From: Candidatus Latescibacterota bacterium
Lineage (GTDB): Bacteria > Latescibacterota > UBA2968 > GCA-2709665
Length of the DNA stretch: 64,000 nucleotides
NCBI GenBank assembly: GCA_965116875.1
Contig: OZ220733.1
Coordinates: forward strand, 4,384,001-4,448,000
Direction of reading: 5' to 3'
Both the position numbers and the translations under genes were made by a program. The notes beneath the pieces were generated by a model, which was not told the origin of the DNA, did not search any database, and worked only from the letters and a program-made list of their open reading frames with translations. Within the stretch, counting starts at the first letter, position 1. Every line of letters starts with the position of its first letter. Positions 1-9,797 of the stretch are shown one piece after another.

Positions 1-2
1 AC

Positions 3-38
3 TGTCGCAAATTGCGCCATCTGTAGCATATCGCGACA
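3..38. promoter_or_regulatory. Tandem 17-bp palindromic boxes (consensus TGTCGCAaatTGCGACA), putative transcription-factor sites
   Basis: TGTCGCAAATTGCGCCA (3-19) and TGTAGCATATCGCGACA (22-38); the same pair with the same 19-bp offset recurs at 1270/1289. Confidence 0.6.
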
Positions 39-236
39 CGACCGCGGCCGTCACGCCAGGCAATTCGGCCGCTTGGCGGTGTAGCGCCGGATCGAATAGA
101 AGATTCCCCTTTTGAGAATCGCACGACTTCCATCGACCAACCTGGTCGCGGGTGAAGCAGCGCCTGGACGGACGTCAGTGCATTCGTACCACCAACCTCG
201 GAATCGACTTGTAAGTCATCGTAGGGTAAAAATAGC

Positions 237-1097
237 ATGCGATCGATAATTTCAAGTGCATTCATCATAGTCCTTTTCGGGGCTTTCGCCAACGCATCCG
301 CCGATCTCCCTCCGGAAATCATGTCGGATCGATATCTGGTGAAGGCGGAACTGTTGGAGGCCAAGAAGGAATACGTGGCGACCTTCAATGTGATGGAGAA
401 AATCATCGCGCTCCATAAAGCGCACGATCTCAAACTGCCCGCCGACTTTCATTTCAAGTACGCGCGTGTTGCCATGGCAGCGGATTCCATCAGGGTCGCG
501 TACGACTCGGTGAACCTGTATCTGACGACGGCGGGACGGGACGGCGCGTTCTACAAAGAGGCGCTGCTCTTGTCGCTCGAGGCCGAGGAGGAATTGGTGG
601 TGCCTGAAATCCTTCCTGAGGATACGTGTGAAAGTAAGGAGGAAGGCGCATGCTGGATGGAATTGGCCAACCAACCCGGATGTTATGTGTGGGATAACCA
701 TAACCTTAACAACATCTACGTATCCAAGGTGACCGTCTCCTGGTCTGGTGCGTGTTACGGCGCCGCCGCTCGGGGCGAAGGAACGCTAGTCTGGAATATC
801 GGTAATAGTGAGGACACGTGGTCGGGGCGACTAAGACAAGGCAAACCTCATGGACATTGGGTCGTGAGAGAATCACATGGGAGTATACATGAGGGGCCTT
901 ATTTGAACGGTAAGCGGCATGGTCATTGGATTATGCATACCGCCTCGAATTATAAGGAAAGGGGTGACTATATCCACGGGAAAAGAGACGGCAGGTGGCT
1001 GAGAATGATTAACGAATCGTGCGGCTCCATAACCTACCAACAGGGCGAAGAGGTTTCTTCACGCCAAGTCGATATGTCGAAATGCGAGGGGTGGTAG
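237..1097 (+). CDS. Secreted protein: conserved helical N-terminal domain (LPPEIMxD) plus MORN/YwqK-like repeats
   Basis: Signal-peptide-like N-terminus ending ANASA; repeats GRLRQGKPHGHW, GPYLNGKRHGHW, GDYIHGKRDGRW; several Cys. Confidence 0.8.
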   Translation: MRSIISSAFIIVLFGAFANASADLPPEIMSDRYLVKAELLEAKKEYVATFNVMEKIIALHKAHDLKLPADFHFKYARVAMAADSIRVAYDSVNLYLTTAGRDGAFYKEALLLSLEAEEELVVPEILPEDTCESKEEGACWMELANQPGCYVWDNHNLNNIYVSKVTVSWSGACYGAAARGEGTLVWNIGNSEDTWSGRLRQGKPHGHWVVRESHGSIHEGPYLNGKRHGHWIMHTASNYKERGDYIHGKRDGRWLRMINESCGSITYQQGEEVSSRQVDMSKCEGW

Positions 1098-1243
1098 CGG
1101 GGTCTGATTCCATCGCGGAGTTGACTCCACAAGACAACCTGGTGCAAACCAGAGTACGGCAGCAACGGACTCTGCGGGAGTGTCACGAAAACAGTGAAGG
1201 TGTTGGCGTCAGATCAACGAAAGCGGATCCGATTATCGATCGA

Positions 1244-1305
1244 GTGACGCAAATTGCGTCACCTGCAACTGTCGCAAAACGCATCATACATCGCAATTCG
1301 CGACA
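1244..1305. promoter_or_regulatory. Three palindromic boxes upstream of the ankyrin gene
   Basis: Perfect inverted repeat GTGACGCAA-A-TTGCGTCAC (1244-1262), TGTCGCAAAACGCATCA (1270-1286), CATCGCAATTCGCGACA (1289-1305). Confidence 0.6.
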
Positions 1306-1323
1306 CATCCGCACAAAGCGACA

Positions 1324-3813
1324 ATGACAGGGATGATGGTAAGGAGAAACACCATGGGCGGTATTGCGAAGATTCTTTACATCCTGATCCTGTCTGGGAT
1401 CTCCACTCCCTCCTCCGCCCAGTTACCCCCCGAGATCATGGCGGACGCTTATCTTCTACAGGTGGAGCAGGCAGTACGCGACGGGGATCTTGACCGGGGT
1501 AGGACCGTCATTCACAAGATCCGCACGCTGAAGAACCAGAACGAATTGGACCTCGAGGTCGAGTTCTACTACAGATACGGGAAAGCAGCGGATGCACTCG
1601 GGATGTCCGATGTGGCGTTGGACTCCGTCGTGAAGTACCTGGCTGCGGCAGGACGCGAAGGCCAACATTACGGCGAGGCCCTTGCGTTGATGAACAGCTT
1701 GAGGGTCGGATCGCCGCAACGCGATGTATGGGTGAAGCTATCCCCGCATATCCTCGCGGACGCCAATCTAACGGACGCGGAGCAGGCGATTCTTGATGGC
1801 AACCTCGACCGGGCGCGAACCGCAATCCGGGACATCCGCGCATTGCAGGAACAGCACGAACTTGATCTCTTAGATGAGTTTCACTTCAGGTACGCGAAGG
1901 CTGCGAATTCCATTGACTTGCCTGAACTGGCGCTCGAATCGGTGATGAAGTACCTCGCGGCATCGGGGCGCGAGCGCCAGCACTACGTCGGGGCCCTGGA
2001 GCTGATGAACCGCGCGCAATTCGCGGTGAGTTGCAGGGGTTGGGACACGGAAGAATACTTCAAAACCGCGACCCTCGATGAGGTATCGGCCTGTCTTGAC
2101 ACGGGAATTGACGCGACAATGAAGGACGAATCCGGCGCCGATCCACGAGTTCGGGACAACGATAAACAGACGCCCTTGCTTGAAGCCTCAAAAATGACCA
2201 AGAATCCGGAGGTAATCGAGTACCTGCTCAATGCAGGCGCTGACAAGCAGGAAAGGGACAACGATGAACGGACACCCCTGCATCTGGCGGCAAAATTCAA
2301 CAATACGGTTGCAATAGCGGCACTCATTGAAGCGGGCGCCGACCTGGAAGTTCAGGATGAGAACGAAAGAACGCCCCTGCATTATGCCGCCGAACAGGGA
2401 CATCCCGATGCTATCGAATTGCTCCTCAAGGCCGGTGCAAACAGGGCGCGCGTGAAACCGAAATGGACGGCATTGCATTGGGCGGTATCGTACAACGGCG
2501 ACCCTGTTGATATCGAAGATTTGCTCAAAGCGGGAGCCAAATTGAATGCGCGTGACGACGCCAAATGGAGGCCGCTGCACGTGGCGGCCAAGTTCAACAA
2601 GAATCCGGAGGTCATCAGGCTTCTGGTGACCGCCGGCGCTGATCTGAAGGCGAAGAACAGAGACAAATGGACGCCCCTGCATGTTGCGGCCGCATATAAT
2701 GAGAATCCAGACGTTGCCAAAGCATTCATCCAGGCTGGCGCCGACGTCAATTCGCGTGCGAAACGGAAGTGGACACCGCTGCACGCGGCGGCCGCGCATA
2801 GCGACAATCCTGACGTCGTACAGGCCCTGATCGAAGCCGGTGCCGACCCAAATGCCAGGGCAGATTTCAAAGGGACAGCGCTGCATTGGGCAGCCTGGTA
2901 TAGCGACAATCCCGACGTCGTACACGCCCTGATCGAAGCCGGTGCCGACCCAAATGCCAGGGCAAACTACAAAGTGACAGCGCTGCATTGGGCAGCCCGT
3001 TTTAGCGACAATCCCGACGTCGTACAGGCCCTGATCAAAGCCGGTGCCGACCCAAATGCCAGGGACGACTACAAACGGACGCCGTTGCATCGGGCGGCCC
3101 GGGATAGCGATCATCCTGATGTCCTAAAGGTCCTGATCGATGCCAGTGGGGACCCGAACGCAAGAGATAATCACCGCTCATCGCCCCTGCACTACGCAGC
3201 CGCGAAGAGCCGGAATCCCGCTGTCGTCGAGGTTCTCCTGCATGCCGGCGCCGATTGGAGTGCGAAGGATGTCAATGGCTGGACACCCTTGCATAGAGCT
3301 GAGGACAACAAGAATTTCGCTGTCGCCAAACTCCTCATTGCAGCCGGAGCGACCAGGACGAAATCACAGAAAGAGGAAGGAACCGACTGGGGCAAGGTGG
3401 CCGTGGGCGTGTTGGGTGCGGCGGCGATCGCACATGCCGGCAAAGACGCGCCGCAGGAGGCTGTCGATCAGGCCATTTCGGATTGGGCCGCGGTGATGGC
3501 AGGCGTGGAAACTTCAACCAGTGCACCAACCGGTTCAAGCGGGTCGTCGTCGCAGTCGCAGGCAGCGACGTCGGAGGATCCGATGCAACAGGCGCTTCAG
3601 AACATGGAAGCCGTCTGCGGGGAGAAATACCAAAGCGGATTTGCAGCCAATGACCATGCCCGGTTCTATTGCCTGGCCGCGTTCGGCGACTATTGCGCCC
3701 TCAAGCGAGCGCCGAACGAACAAGCCAGGACGCAACTGCGCGCGAGCCTGACGCAGAATTGTGCCGTGCTGACCGGTATCGGCGCGGTGGGTAAATGTGG
3801 GTACTGTCGATAA
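1324..3813 (+). CDS. Secreted ankyrin-repeat protein with two LPPEIM-type N-terminal domains and a Cys-rich C-terminus
   Basis: About 12 TPLHxAA...LIxAGADxNA repeats; signal peptide ending PSSA; start could be 1324, 1333/1336 or 1354. Confidence 0.92.
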   Translation: MTGMMVRRNTMGGIAKILYILILSGISTPSSAQLPPEIMADAYLLQVEQAVRDGDLDRGRTVIHKIRTLKNQNELDLEVEFYYRYGKAADALGMSDVALDSVVKYLAAAGREGQHYGEALALMNSLRVGSPQRDVWVKLSPHILADANLTDAEQAILDGNLDRARTAIRDIRALQEQHELDLLDEFHFRYAKAANSIDLPELALESVMKYLAASGRERQHYVGALELMNRAQFAVSCRGWDTEEYFKTATLDEVSACLDTGIDATMKDESGADPRVRDNDKQTPLLEASKMTKNPEVIEYLLNAGADKQERDNDERTPLHLAAKFNNTVAIAALIEAGADLEVQDENERTPLHYAAEQGHPDAIELLLKAGANRARVKPKWTALHWAVSYNGDPVDIEDLLKAGAKLNARDDAKWRPLHVAAKFNKNPEVIRLLVTAGADLKAKNRDKWTPLHVAAAYNENPDVAKAFIQAGADVNSRAKRKWTPLHAAAAHSDNPDVVQALIEAGADPNARADFKGTALHWAAWYSDNPDVVHALIEAGADPNARANYKVTALHWAARFSDNPDVVQALIKAGADPNARDDYKRTPLHRAARDSDHPDVLKVLIDASGDPNARDNHRSSPLHYAAAKSRNPAVVEVLLHAGADWSAKDVNGWTPLHRAEDNKNFAVAKLLIAAGATRTKSQKEEGTDWGKVAVGVLGAAAIAHAGKDAPQEAVDQAISDWAAVMAGVETSTSAPTGSSGSSSQSQAATSEDPMQQALQNMEAVCGEKYQSGFAANDHARFYCLAAFGDYCALKRAPNEQARTQLRASLTQNCAVLTGIGAVGKCGYCR
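2799..3065 (+). repeat. Near-identical 102-bp-period DNA repeats within the ankyrin gene
   Basis: TAGCGACAATCCYGACGTCGTACASGCCCTGATCRAAGCCGGTGCCGACCCAAATGCCAGGG occurs three times. Confidence 0.9.
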
Positions 3814-3937
3814 TCGACGTCGCAACACCGTATGGCAGTCAGTGAGGTGATCGTTGTTGGGATGCGCTATGTAATCAGGCGCTGTACTTCCACGTCAACG
3901 CCACCGTGAAGTATTCGTCGCGGAAGCGGGTCTGAGG

Positions 3938-3961
3938 GTGGGGCGGACATTCCTGTATGCC
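3938..3961 (+). repeat. REP-like palindrome, GTGG family, copy 1
   Basis: GTGGGGCGGACATTCCTGTATGCC; related copies at 7199, 9749, 11039. Confidence 0.75.
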
Positions 3962-4090
3962 TACGTCATGGTTCTCCTGTCGAAATGCGGATAGAATCAG
4001 CAGGCGCCAGGCCGACAAAGCATCTGCTGTACCCGGAGACGGGCGGCCGAACGTCCGGCATTCGGTCCAAACTCTTGAGCAGGGATTTCT

Positions 4091-7000
4091 ATGAGATCGG
4101 TAACAGAGAAACCTCATCACTATCGGGTAGGCGCCGGAATCGGCGCCATTTTGATTCTCCTGTCGACCTGGTCCGACGCGGGGACTGCAACGCAGGGTAA
4201 GGTCGTCAAGCCGCCGCGGGGTGCGCCGCCGCCGGAAAACCGCACGCTGAATTTGCCCGAGGCCTTCACCGGGCGCGGTGCGGCGTCCCGACGTTCACAA
4301 CGGGGAATGGTCGCCAGTAAACTCGCCTCAAAAACGGCGCCGTGGACCGTGGTGCGCGAGCCGGAACATCAGACGCCGATCTTCCTGCAATTCAACGGGC
4401 CTCAAGGCGGCGCCGCAAAGCCCGCTCCGGGTGTGGTTCCCCATGAACAGGTGCTCCAATTCATCGCCGAGAACGCGGAGCTGTTCCGCCTTCGGGATCC
4501 GGCCTCGGAGCTCGTCCATCGCGGCACCCACAAGGACAGATACGGAAGGACGCACGTCCAGTTGGATCAACTTCACCTGGGTGTGCCGGTCTGGGGCGCC
4601 GCGATCATCGGTCATCGGAACGGAAATGATGGTCTCTACGCGATCAATGGCAGGTACTCGCCGTCCCCGGACCACGTTACCGAAGTTCAGCCGTCAATCA
4701 GTCGCGGGGCGGCGATTCACCGGGCGCTGGGCGACCTGCGCCTGCACAGAACGATCAATACGCTCAGTCCGAAGATGCGGGAGTTGCTGAATTACCAGGG
4801 TCCAGAGGCTGCCCTGTATCTATGGAACGCCCAGCTGGAGGATCCCCTGCGACTGACGTGGCACGTGGAGATTCGGCCCAATGCACACGAGCGCTGGCAT
4901 ACCTTTGTCGATGCCCACACGGGTGGGATACTCGAACGGTACCGGGCGTCGCCATCGGACGGACCGGCCATTGGCAGAGGCGTGGACCTGCATGGCAATA
5001 CGGTAAACCTGCATACGTACGAGAAGGGCGGCCTGTTCTGCCTGCTGGACGGAACGCGCGAGGGTTTCAATGCGGAAACCGGGCAATCGGCGCTGTTGAC
5101 GCTCGACGCCGGCTATACGGACGTTGAGACATGGGAGTTCATCTTCAGTACCAATAACGTGTTTATCGATCCGGTCGCCGTTTCCGCCCACGCCAACCTG
5201 TCTCGGATCTACGAGTACTTCCTCGAACACCATGGGCGGCGCGGCATCGTCGGAGACGGTTCGGGGATGATCTCGTTGGTACACGTGACCGAAGACGGGC
5301 AGCCGATGGACAACGCCACCTGGAACGGCGTCTTCATGTCCTACGGAGACGGCCGCGATGCGTTCGCCCCGCTCGCAGGCGCGCTGGACGTGGCCGCCCA
5401 CGAGATGACGCACGGAATCATCGAGCACACCGTGAATCTCGAATACCGGTTCCAGTCGGGCGCGCTCAACGAGTCCTTTGCCGACGTTTTCGGTGCGATG
5501 GTCGATGACGATGACTGGCTGATGGGCGAGGACATTGTCAGGAACCCGGCTCATTATCCATCCGGCGCCATGCGAGACCTCCGGGATCCGCACAACGGAG
5601 ACGAACCCGACGGATATGGCTGGCAGCCGGCGCACATGGACGAATTCCGCGAACTTCCCGTTGATGAAGACAACGGCGGCGTCCACGTCAACAGCGGCAT
5701 TCCGAACCGCGCGGCCTACCTGGTGGCTGAAGCCATCGGCCGCGAAAAGACGGCACGGATCTTTTACCACGTCCTGGATGCCCGCTATCTCGCGCCGCGC
5801 AGCCGGTTCGTCGATTGCCGCCTTGCAGCCGAGCGCGCGGCGCGGGACCTGTTCGGCGACCGCTCGACCGAAGTAAACGCCGTAATGCGCGCATACGACG
5901 CGGTGGGCATCGCCGTGGAGGAGGTTGCCGAACCCACGCCCGGCGAGATCGTGGTCGACCCGGGTGCGCACTGGGTGGCCACGGTGGCCGCGGAAGCGGA
6001 CGGCGACAACAGTCTGTGGTTCGCCAAGCCCACTTCCAACGCGTACGAATTGGAGAAAGGTTGGGAATACATCGCCCGCCTGACACCGACACAGGTTTAC
6101 ACGGGCACGGGGCGCGCTATAACAGCGCCGGTAAACTCCGACTTTCTGATTTTCATCGATAGCGACAACAACCTGCGTTTCATCGGCGCGGACGGCAACG
6201 AAGAGACCGTCATCAACGAGGACGGAGACTGGGCGTCCATTGCCATCTCACCTGACGGAAGCCGTCTGGTGGCGACGACCGTTTACGACGAAGCCGCCAT
6301 CTGGTACTTCGATCTCGAGACCCCTGATAACAGCCGCTCGATAGCGTTGTATCAGCCTACCACGCAGACCGGCGTCCGCCAGAATATCGCGCGCTACGCC
6401 GATGCGCTGCAGTGGGACGCCGGCGGAACGCTGGTCATCTACGACGTCTTTAACAGCCTGCCCGGTCCCGGAGGGCAAACGATCGTTTTCTGGACGGTGA
6501 ACGCGCTGGTCCCCGCCGGCAACACGATACTGCCCCTGTTTCCGCCACAGCCGGAGGGCGTGCAATTGGGCAACCCGTCTCTCTCCAGCGCAATCGGGCC
6601 CGACGGCGCGATAAACGACTGCAGGCTGTTGTACGAGCGCGTGGACGCGGGAACCGCGCGCACTGAAATCAGGGTGAAGGATTTCTGCACGGGCGCCGAA
6701 GGGGTCCTCTACACGTTCGCAGCACCGATACTCACGCATCCCGGATTCATCAACGATGACAGGGAGATCGTATTTCAAGTCCGGGACTTCGAAGCGGACT
6801 TTGAGACGGCCCACCTGTTTCGAATGCCGCTCTCGAACGACGGACTCTCGCCTGCGGGAGATCCGCTGGTCTTCGTTCCCTACTCGCAGTACCCAATGAC
6901 GCTTATCCTCTCGATGGCTGCCACAGACGTCATCGTCGGCGCCGGGGCGCGGCTCAATCCTGATTTCGACGGTGACGGCATCGTCGGCTTTGCCGACTTC

Positions 7001-7129
7001 CTCCAGTTCGCCGCGCGTTTCGGGTTGAGTCGAGACATGGAGGGGTACGATGCACGGTTCGATCTGGATGGGGACGGTTCCATCGCGTTCGGCGATTTCC
7101 TGATCTTTGCGGCCGCCTTCGGCACGTAA
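4091..7129 (+). CDS. M4 (thermolysin-family) zinc metalloprotease with propeptide, beta-propeller-like region and C-terminal dockerin/EF-hand-like module
   Basis: NATWNG, DVAAHEMTH, SGALNESFAD, DNGGVHVNSG motifs; C-terminal DFDGDGIVGFADF...DLDGDGSIAFGDF. Confidence 0.95.
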   Translation: MRSVTEKPHHYRVGAGIGAILILLSTWSDAGTATQGKVVKPPRGAPPPENRTLNLPEAFTGRGAASRRSQRGMVASKLASKTAPWTVVREPEHQTPIFLQFNGPQGGAAKPAPGVVPHEQVLQFIAENAELFRLRDPASELVHRGTHKDRYGRTHVQLDQLHLGVPVWGAAIIGHRNGNDGLYAINGRYSPSPDHVTEVQPSISRGAAIHRALGDLRLHRTINTLSPKMRELLNYQGPEAALYLWNAQLEDPLRLTWHVEIRPNAHERWHTFVDAHTGGILERYRASPSDGPAIGRGVDLHGNTVNLHTYEKGGLFCLLDGTREGFNAETGQSALLTLDAGYTDVETWEFIFSTNNVFIDPVAVSAHANLSRIYEYFLEHHGRRGIVGDGSGMISLVHVTEDGQPMDNATWNGVFMSYGDGRDAFAPLAGALDVAAHEMTHGIIEHTVNLEYRFQSGALNESFADVFGAMVDDDDWLMGEDIVRNPAHYPSGAMRDLRDPHNGDEPDGYGWQPAHMDEFRELPVDEDNGGVHVNSGIPNRAAYLVAEAIGREKTARIFYHVLDARYLAPRSRFVDCRLAAERAARDLFGDRSTEVNAVMRAYDAVGIAVEEVAEPTPGEIVVDPGAHWVATVAAEADGDNSLWFAKPTSNAYELEKGWEYIARLTPTQVYTGTGRAITAPVNSDFLIFIDSDNNLRFIGADGNEETVINEDGDWASIAISPDGSRLVATTVYDEAAIWYFDLETPDNSRSIALYQPTTQTGVRQNIARYADALQWDAGGTLVIYDVFNSLPGPGGQTIVFWTVNALVPAGNTILPLFPPQPEGVQLGNPSLSSAIGPDGAINDCRLLYERVDAGTARTEIRVKDFCTGAEGVLYTFAAPILTHPGFINDDREIVFQVRDFEADFETAHLFRMPLSNDGLSPAGDPLVFVPYSQYPMTLILSMAATDVIVGAGARLNPDFDGDGIVGFADFLQFAARFGLSRDMEGYDARFDLDGDGSIAFGDFLIFAAAFGT

Positions 7130-7198
7130 CGGTTATGGAGTCAATCGACACGTACTTATGCTTACAGGTGTGTCACACCTTGAGAAGCGCATGTGAGG

Positions 7199-7222
7199 GT
7201 GGGGCGGACATTCCTATCTGCC
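7199..7222 (+). repeat. REP-like palindrome, GTGG family, copy 2
   Basis: GTGGGGCGGACATTCCTATCTGCC. Confidence 0.75.
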
Positions 7223-7330
7223 GCTTCAGTTGGTTCTTCTGTGGCATTGGATCCTGCAAATCGAATAATTGCTCTGTGAGGTCCAATCGATGAATCCCGA
7301 TGGTGCGGTCAACGCGTCGGAAGGCTCAAT

Positions 7331-9670
7331 ATGAAACGTATCTGTATTGTCGTGGCGATCGCTACGTGCTGCCTCTGGGCATGGCCGTCGCTTCCATCTG
7401 CCTTCCAATCCGGACCCTTCCCCGACTTTGACGAAGACGGCGTCGTGGGCTTTGCGGACTTTCTACAATTCGCCGGGAGATTCGGTTCGGCGCGTGGCGA
7501 AGAGTCGTACGACGATCGGTTCGACCTCAATGGAGATGGCTCGATCGGATTTCCGGATTTCCTGATCTTCGCGGGAAGTTTCGGGAAGGCGTCTCCGTAT
7601 GCCGGCGATGAGAACGACGTGCTTATCCCCGATGCCAACCTCCGCGCCGTCATCGCCGACAGCCTCGGCAAGCCGCGCGATGCGCCGATCACCCGGGCGG
7701 AGATGGAGACCCTGACGCACTTCCAGGCGCCGGGAGCCAACATCAGACATATTATCGGGCTTCAGTTTGCCGTAAACCTGAAGGAATTGTGGCTTCAGGA
7801 CAACGCGATAACGGATCTCTCGCCGTTGTGCGACCTCACTGAACTGACGGATCTTGTTCTCTATTCCAACAAGATCTCAGACATATCCACGCTTTCCAAC
7901 CTGGTGAATCTGCACCACCTGAATCTCAGCCACAACAAGGTGTACGACATCTCGGTGCTGGCTGAATTGACAGATCTGGGTTACCTTGGGCTTGCTGATA
8001 GCCAGATCTCGGATTTCTCAACGCTTTCTAACCTGACCAATCTGATCGGGTTGTGGATTGGCAATTCCGGTATTGCGGACCTTTCCGTGCTGGATGGCCT
8101 GACAGAGCTTAAGGAACTTGACCTTGACAACAACAACGTCTCAGATGTATCTGCACTGGCTGGACTGAGAAAACTGACTCTCCTGCGGATGTCCAACAAC
8201 AAAATCGCCGTCGCTTCCGGACTGTCCGGCCTCACCAACCTGATCGGGTTGGATATCAGCGGCACCGGCATTGCGGATCTGTCCGTGTTGGCAAACCTGA
8301 CGAAGTTGACCAATCTGAATCTCAGCGGTAATTGCATATCTGACATTACTGCACTTTTCGCCCTGACCAATCTCACACGCCTGGACCTCAGTGACAACAG
8401 AATCAAGGATTTTTCTCCATTGGTAAGGAACTCGGGTATTGACAGCGGCGACATAGTGGATACGAGGGACAATCCGTCAAGTCCCGAATCGATACAAGCG
8501 CACCTTATTGCGCTTCGAATGCGGGGCGTTAACGTGCAATACGATGACAAACCGGAATCGGTATGTATTCCAGTTCTTCCCGACGACATGTCAGTGGACG
8601 CGGGAAGCTCTCACACACTACAGGCCAATCACCTCCACGTCGATCGAGAGGGAATTCGTCCGGAAGACCAGCGTGGTCGCGTTCATGCAGTTGCCTATTT
8701 GGACTTCAATGAAGACGGTCACCTCGACGTTTTTCTTGCACCGCTGGATGATACACCGAACAAGACACCTGCTGAGTTCTACCAGAACGACGGGGCAGGG
8801 TGTTTCTCGTTAGCGACCGGTTTCTTTGACGGAAATCCACCGGGGCAGGTACACCCGAGAAAGGCTCTGCATGGGGACTTCAATGGCGATGGACGAATGG
8901 ACGTCTTCGTGCTCGGCCACGGTTACGATCAACCACCTTTTCCTGGAGAGGCGCCCTATGTGATACTCTCATCGCCGAGCGGTTACGTGCTGGGTGAAGG
9001 GCTGGACGCATACGTCGGGTTTCAGCATGGCGGCGCATCGGCCGACATCGATGGGGATGGGGACATCGACGTGTTCGTCACCCACCTGAATGCCACTGAC
9101 GGACCGTTCTTCCTTATCAATGACGGCAGTGGCTCATTTGTTCCGGATACGGATCGGGTGGAAGGTCTTGCCCATAAGGCGCTGTTTACTGCTGAATTGG
9201 TTGACGTCGACGGCGACGGTTTCCTTGATCTCCTTGCCGCAGGTCACGAGTACGATCCTCCACAGGATTTACAGACGCAGATTTTGTGGGGTGACACCGA
9301 CGGCGTCTACAGCACGGACAATGCCACGATCCTGCCGGCTGTACAAGGGCGAGGAATCGTCGTCGATGTCGACGTGAGCGACACGGACGGAGATGGCGAT
9401 AAGGACATTGTTATTAACCGGACCGGCGATGAAAGGACGTCTACATATGACGGATATTACCTGCAATTGGTCGAGCAGGTCAACAAGCGCCGCTTTGAGG
9501 ACCGAACGAAGCGGTTGCTTTCCGAGAATGAAGACGCCGAAGCCACTTGGTTCGACTGGGTCCGCATGTGCGATTGCGACTCAGATGGAGACGTCGATAT
9601 CGTGGTCGATGATGCCGCCAGAAAGCTCATCTGGAAGAACGACGGGACGGGCAGGTTTCACCGGCGGTAG
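7331..9670 (+). CDS. Secreted dockerin/EF-hand-like + internalin-type LRR + FG-GAP/VCBS repeat protein
   Basis: Signal peptide; DFDEDGVVGFADF; IPDANLRA LRR cap; ~22-aa LxxLxxLxLxxNxIxDIS repeats; DFNxDGxxD repeats. Confidence 0.92.
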   Translation: MKRICIVVAIATCCLWAWPSLPSAFQSGPFPDFDEDGVVGFADFLQFAGRFGSARGEESYDDRFDLNGDGSIGFPDFLIFAGSFGKASPYAGDENDVLIPDANLRAVIADSLGKPRDAPITRAEMETLTHFQAPGANIRHIIGLQFAVNLKELWLQDNAITDLSPLCDLTELTDLVLYSNKISDISTLSNLVNLHHLNLSHNKVYDISVLAELTDLGYLGLADSQISDFSTLSNLTNLIGLWIGNSGIADLSVLDGLTELKELDLDNNNVSDVSALAGLRKLTLLRMSNNKIAVASGLSGLTNLIGLDISGTGIADLSVLANLTKLTNLNLSGNCISDITALFALTNLTRLDLSDNRIKDFSPLVRNSGIDSGDIVDTRDNPSSPESIQAHLIALRMRGVNVQYDDKPESVCIPVLPDDMSVDAGSSHTLQANHLHVDREGIRPEDQRGRVHAVAYLDFNEDGHLDVFLAPLDDTPNKTPAEFYQNDGAGCFSLATGFFDGNPPGQVHPRKALHGDFNGDGRMDVFVLGHGYDQPPFPGEAPYVILSSPSGYVLGEGLDAYVGFQHGGASADIDGDGDIDVFVTHLNATDGPFFLINDGSGSFVPDTDRVEGLAHKALFTAELVDVDGDGFLDLLAAGHEYDPPQDLQTQILWGDTDGVYSTDNATILPAVQGRGIVVDVDVSDTDGDGDKDIVINRTGDERTSTYDGYYLQLVEQVNKRRFEDRTKRLLSENEDAEATWFDWVRMCDCDSDGDVDIVVDDAARKLIWKNDGTGRFHRR

Positions 9671-9748
9671 AGAGCGGGAGGGGATGCCGTTGTCCTGTCA
9701 TGAATGACTGATGGGTTCAGCCGACGCCTCAAGCGGTAACTTGACAGG

Positions 9749-9772
9749 TTGGGGTGGACATTCCTGTCTGTC
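9749..9772 (+). repeat. REP-like palindrome, GTGG family, copy 3
   Basis: TTGGGGTGGACATTCCTGTCTGTC preceded by CTTGACAGG. Confidence 0.7.
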
Positions 9773-9797
9773 TGCGTCGCTTTCCCACGAGCCCCAC

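Noticed and set aside
39-236. Sigma54 -24/-12 promoter downstream of the palindromic boxes
   Set aside because: The candidate TTGGCGG at 73-79 does not have GC at the required GG-N10-GC spacing.
7166-7180. Palindrome AGGTGTG-T-CACACCT as an operator
   Set aside because: Single occurrence with no supporting promoter context.
6959-7585. Diversity-generating retroelement TR/VR pair
   Set aside because: Both copies are coding, differences are not adenine-specific, and there is no reverse transcriptase.
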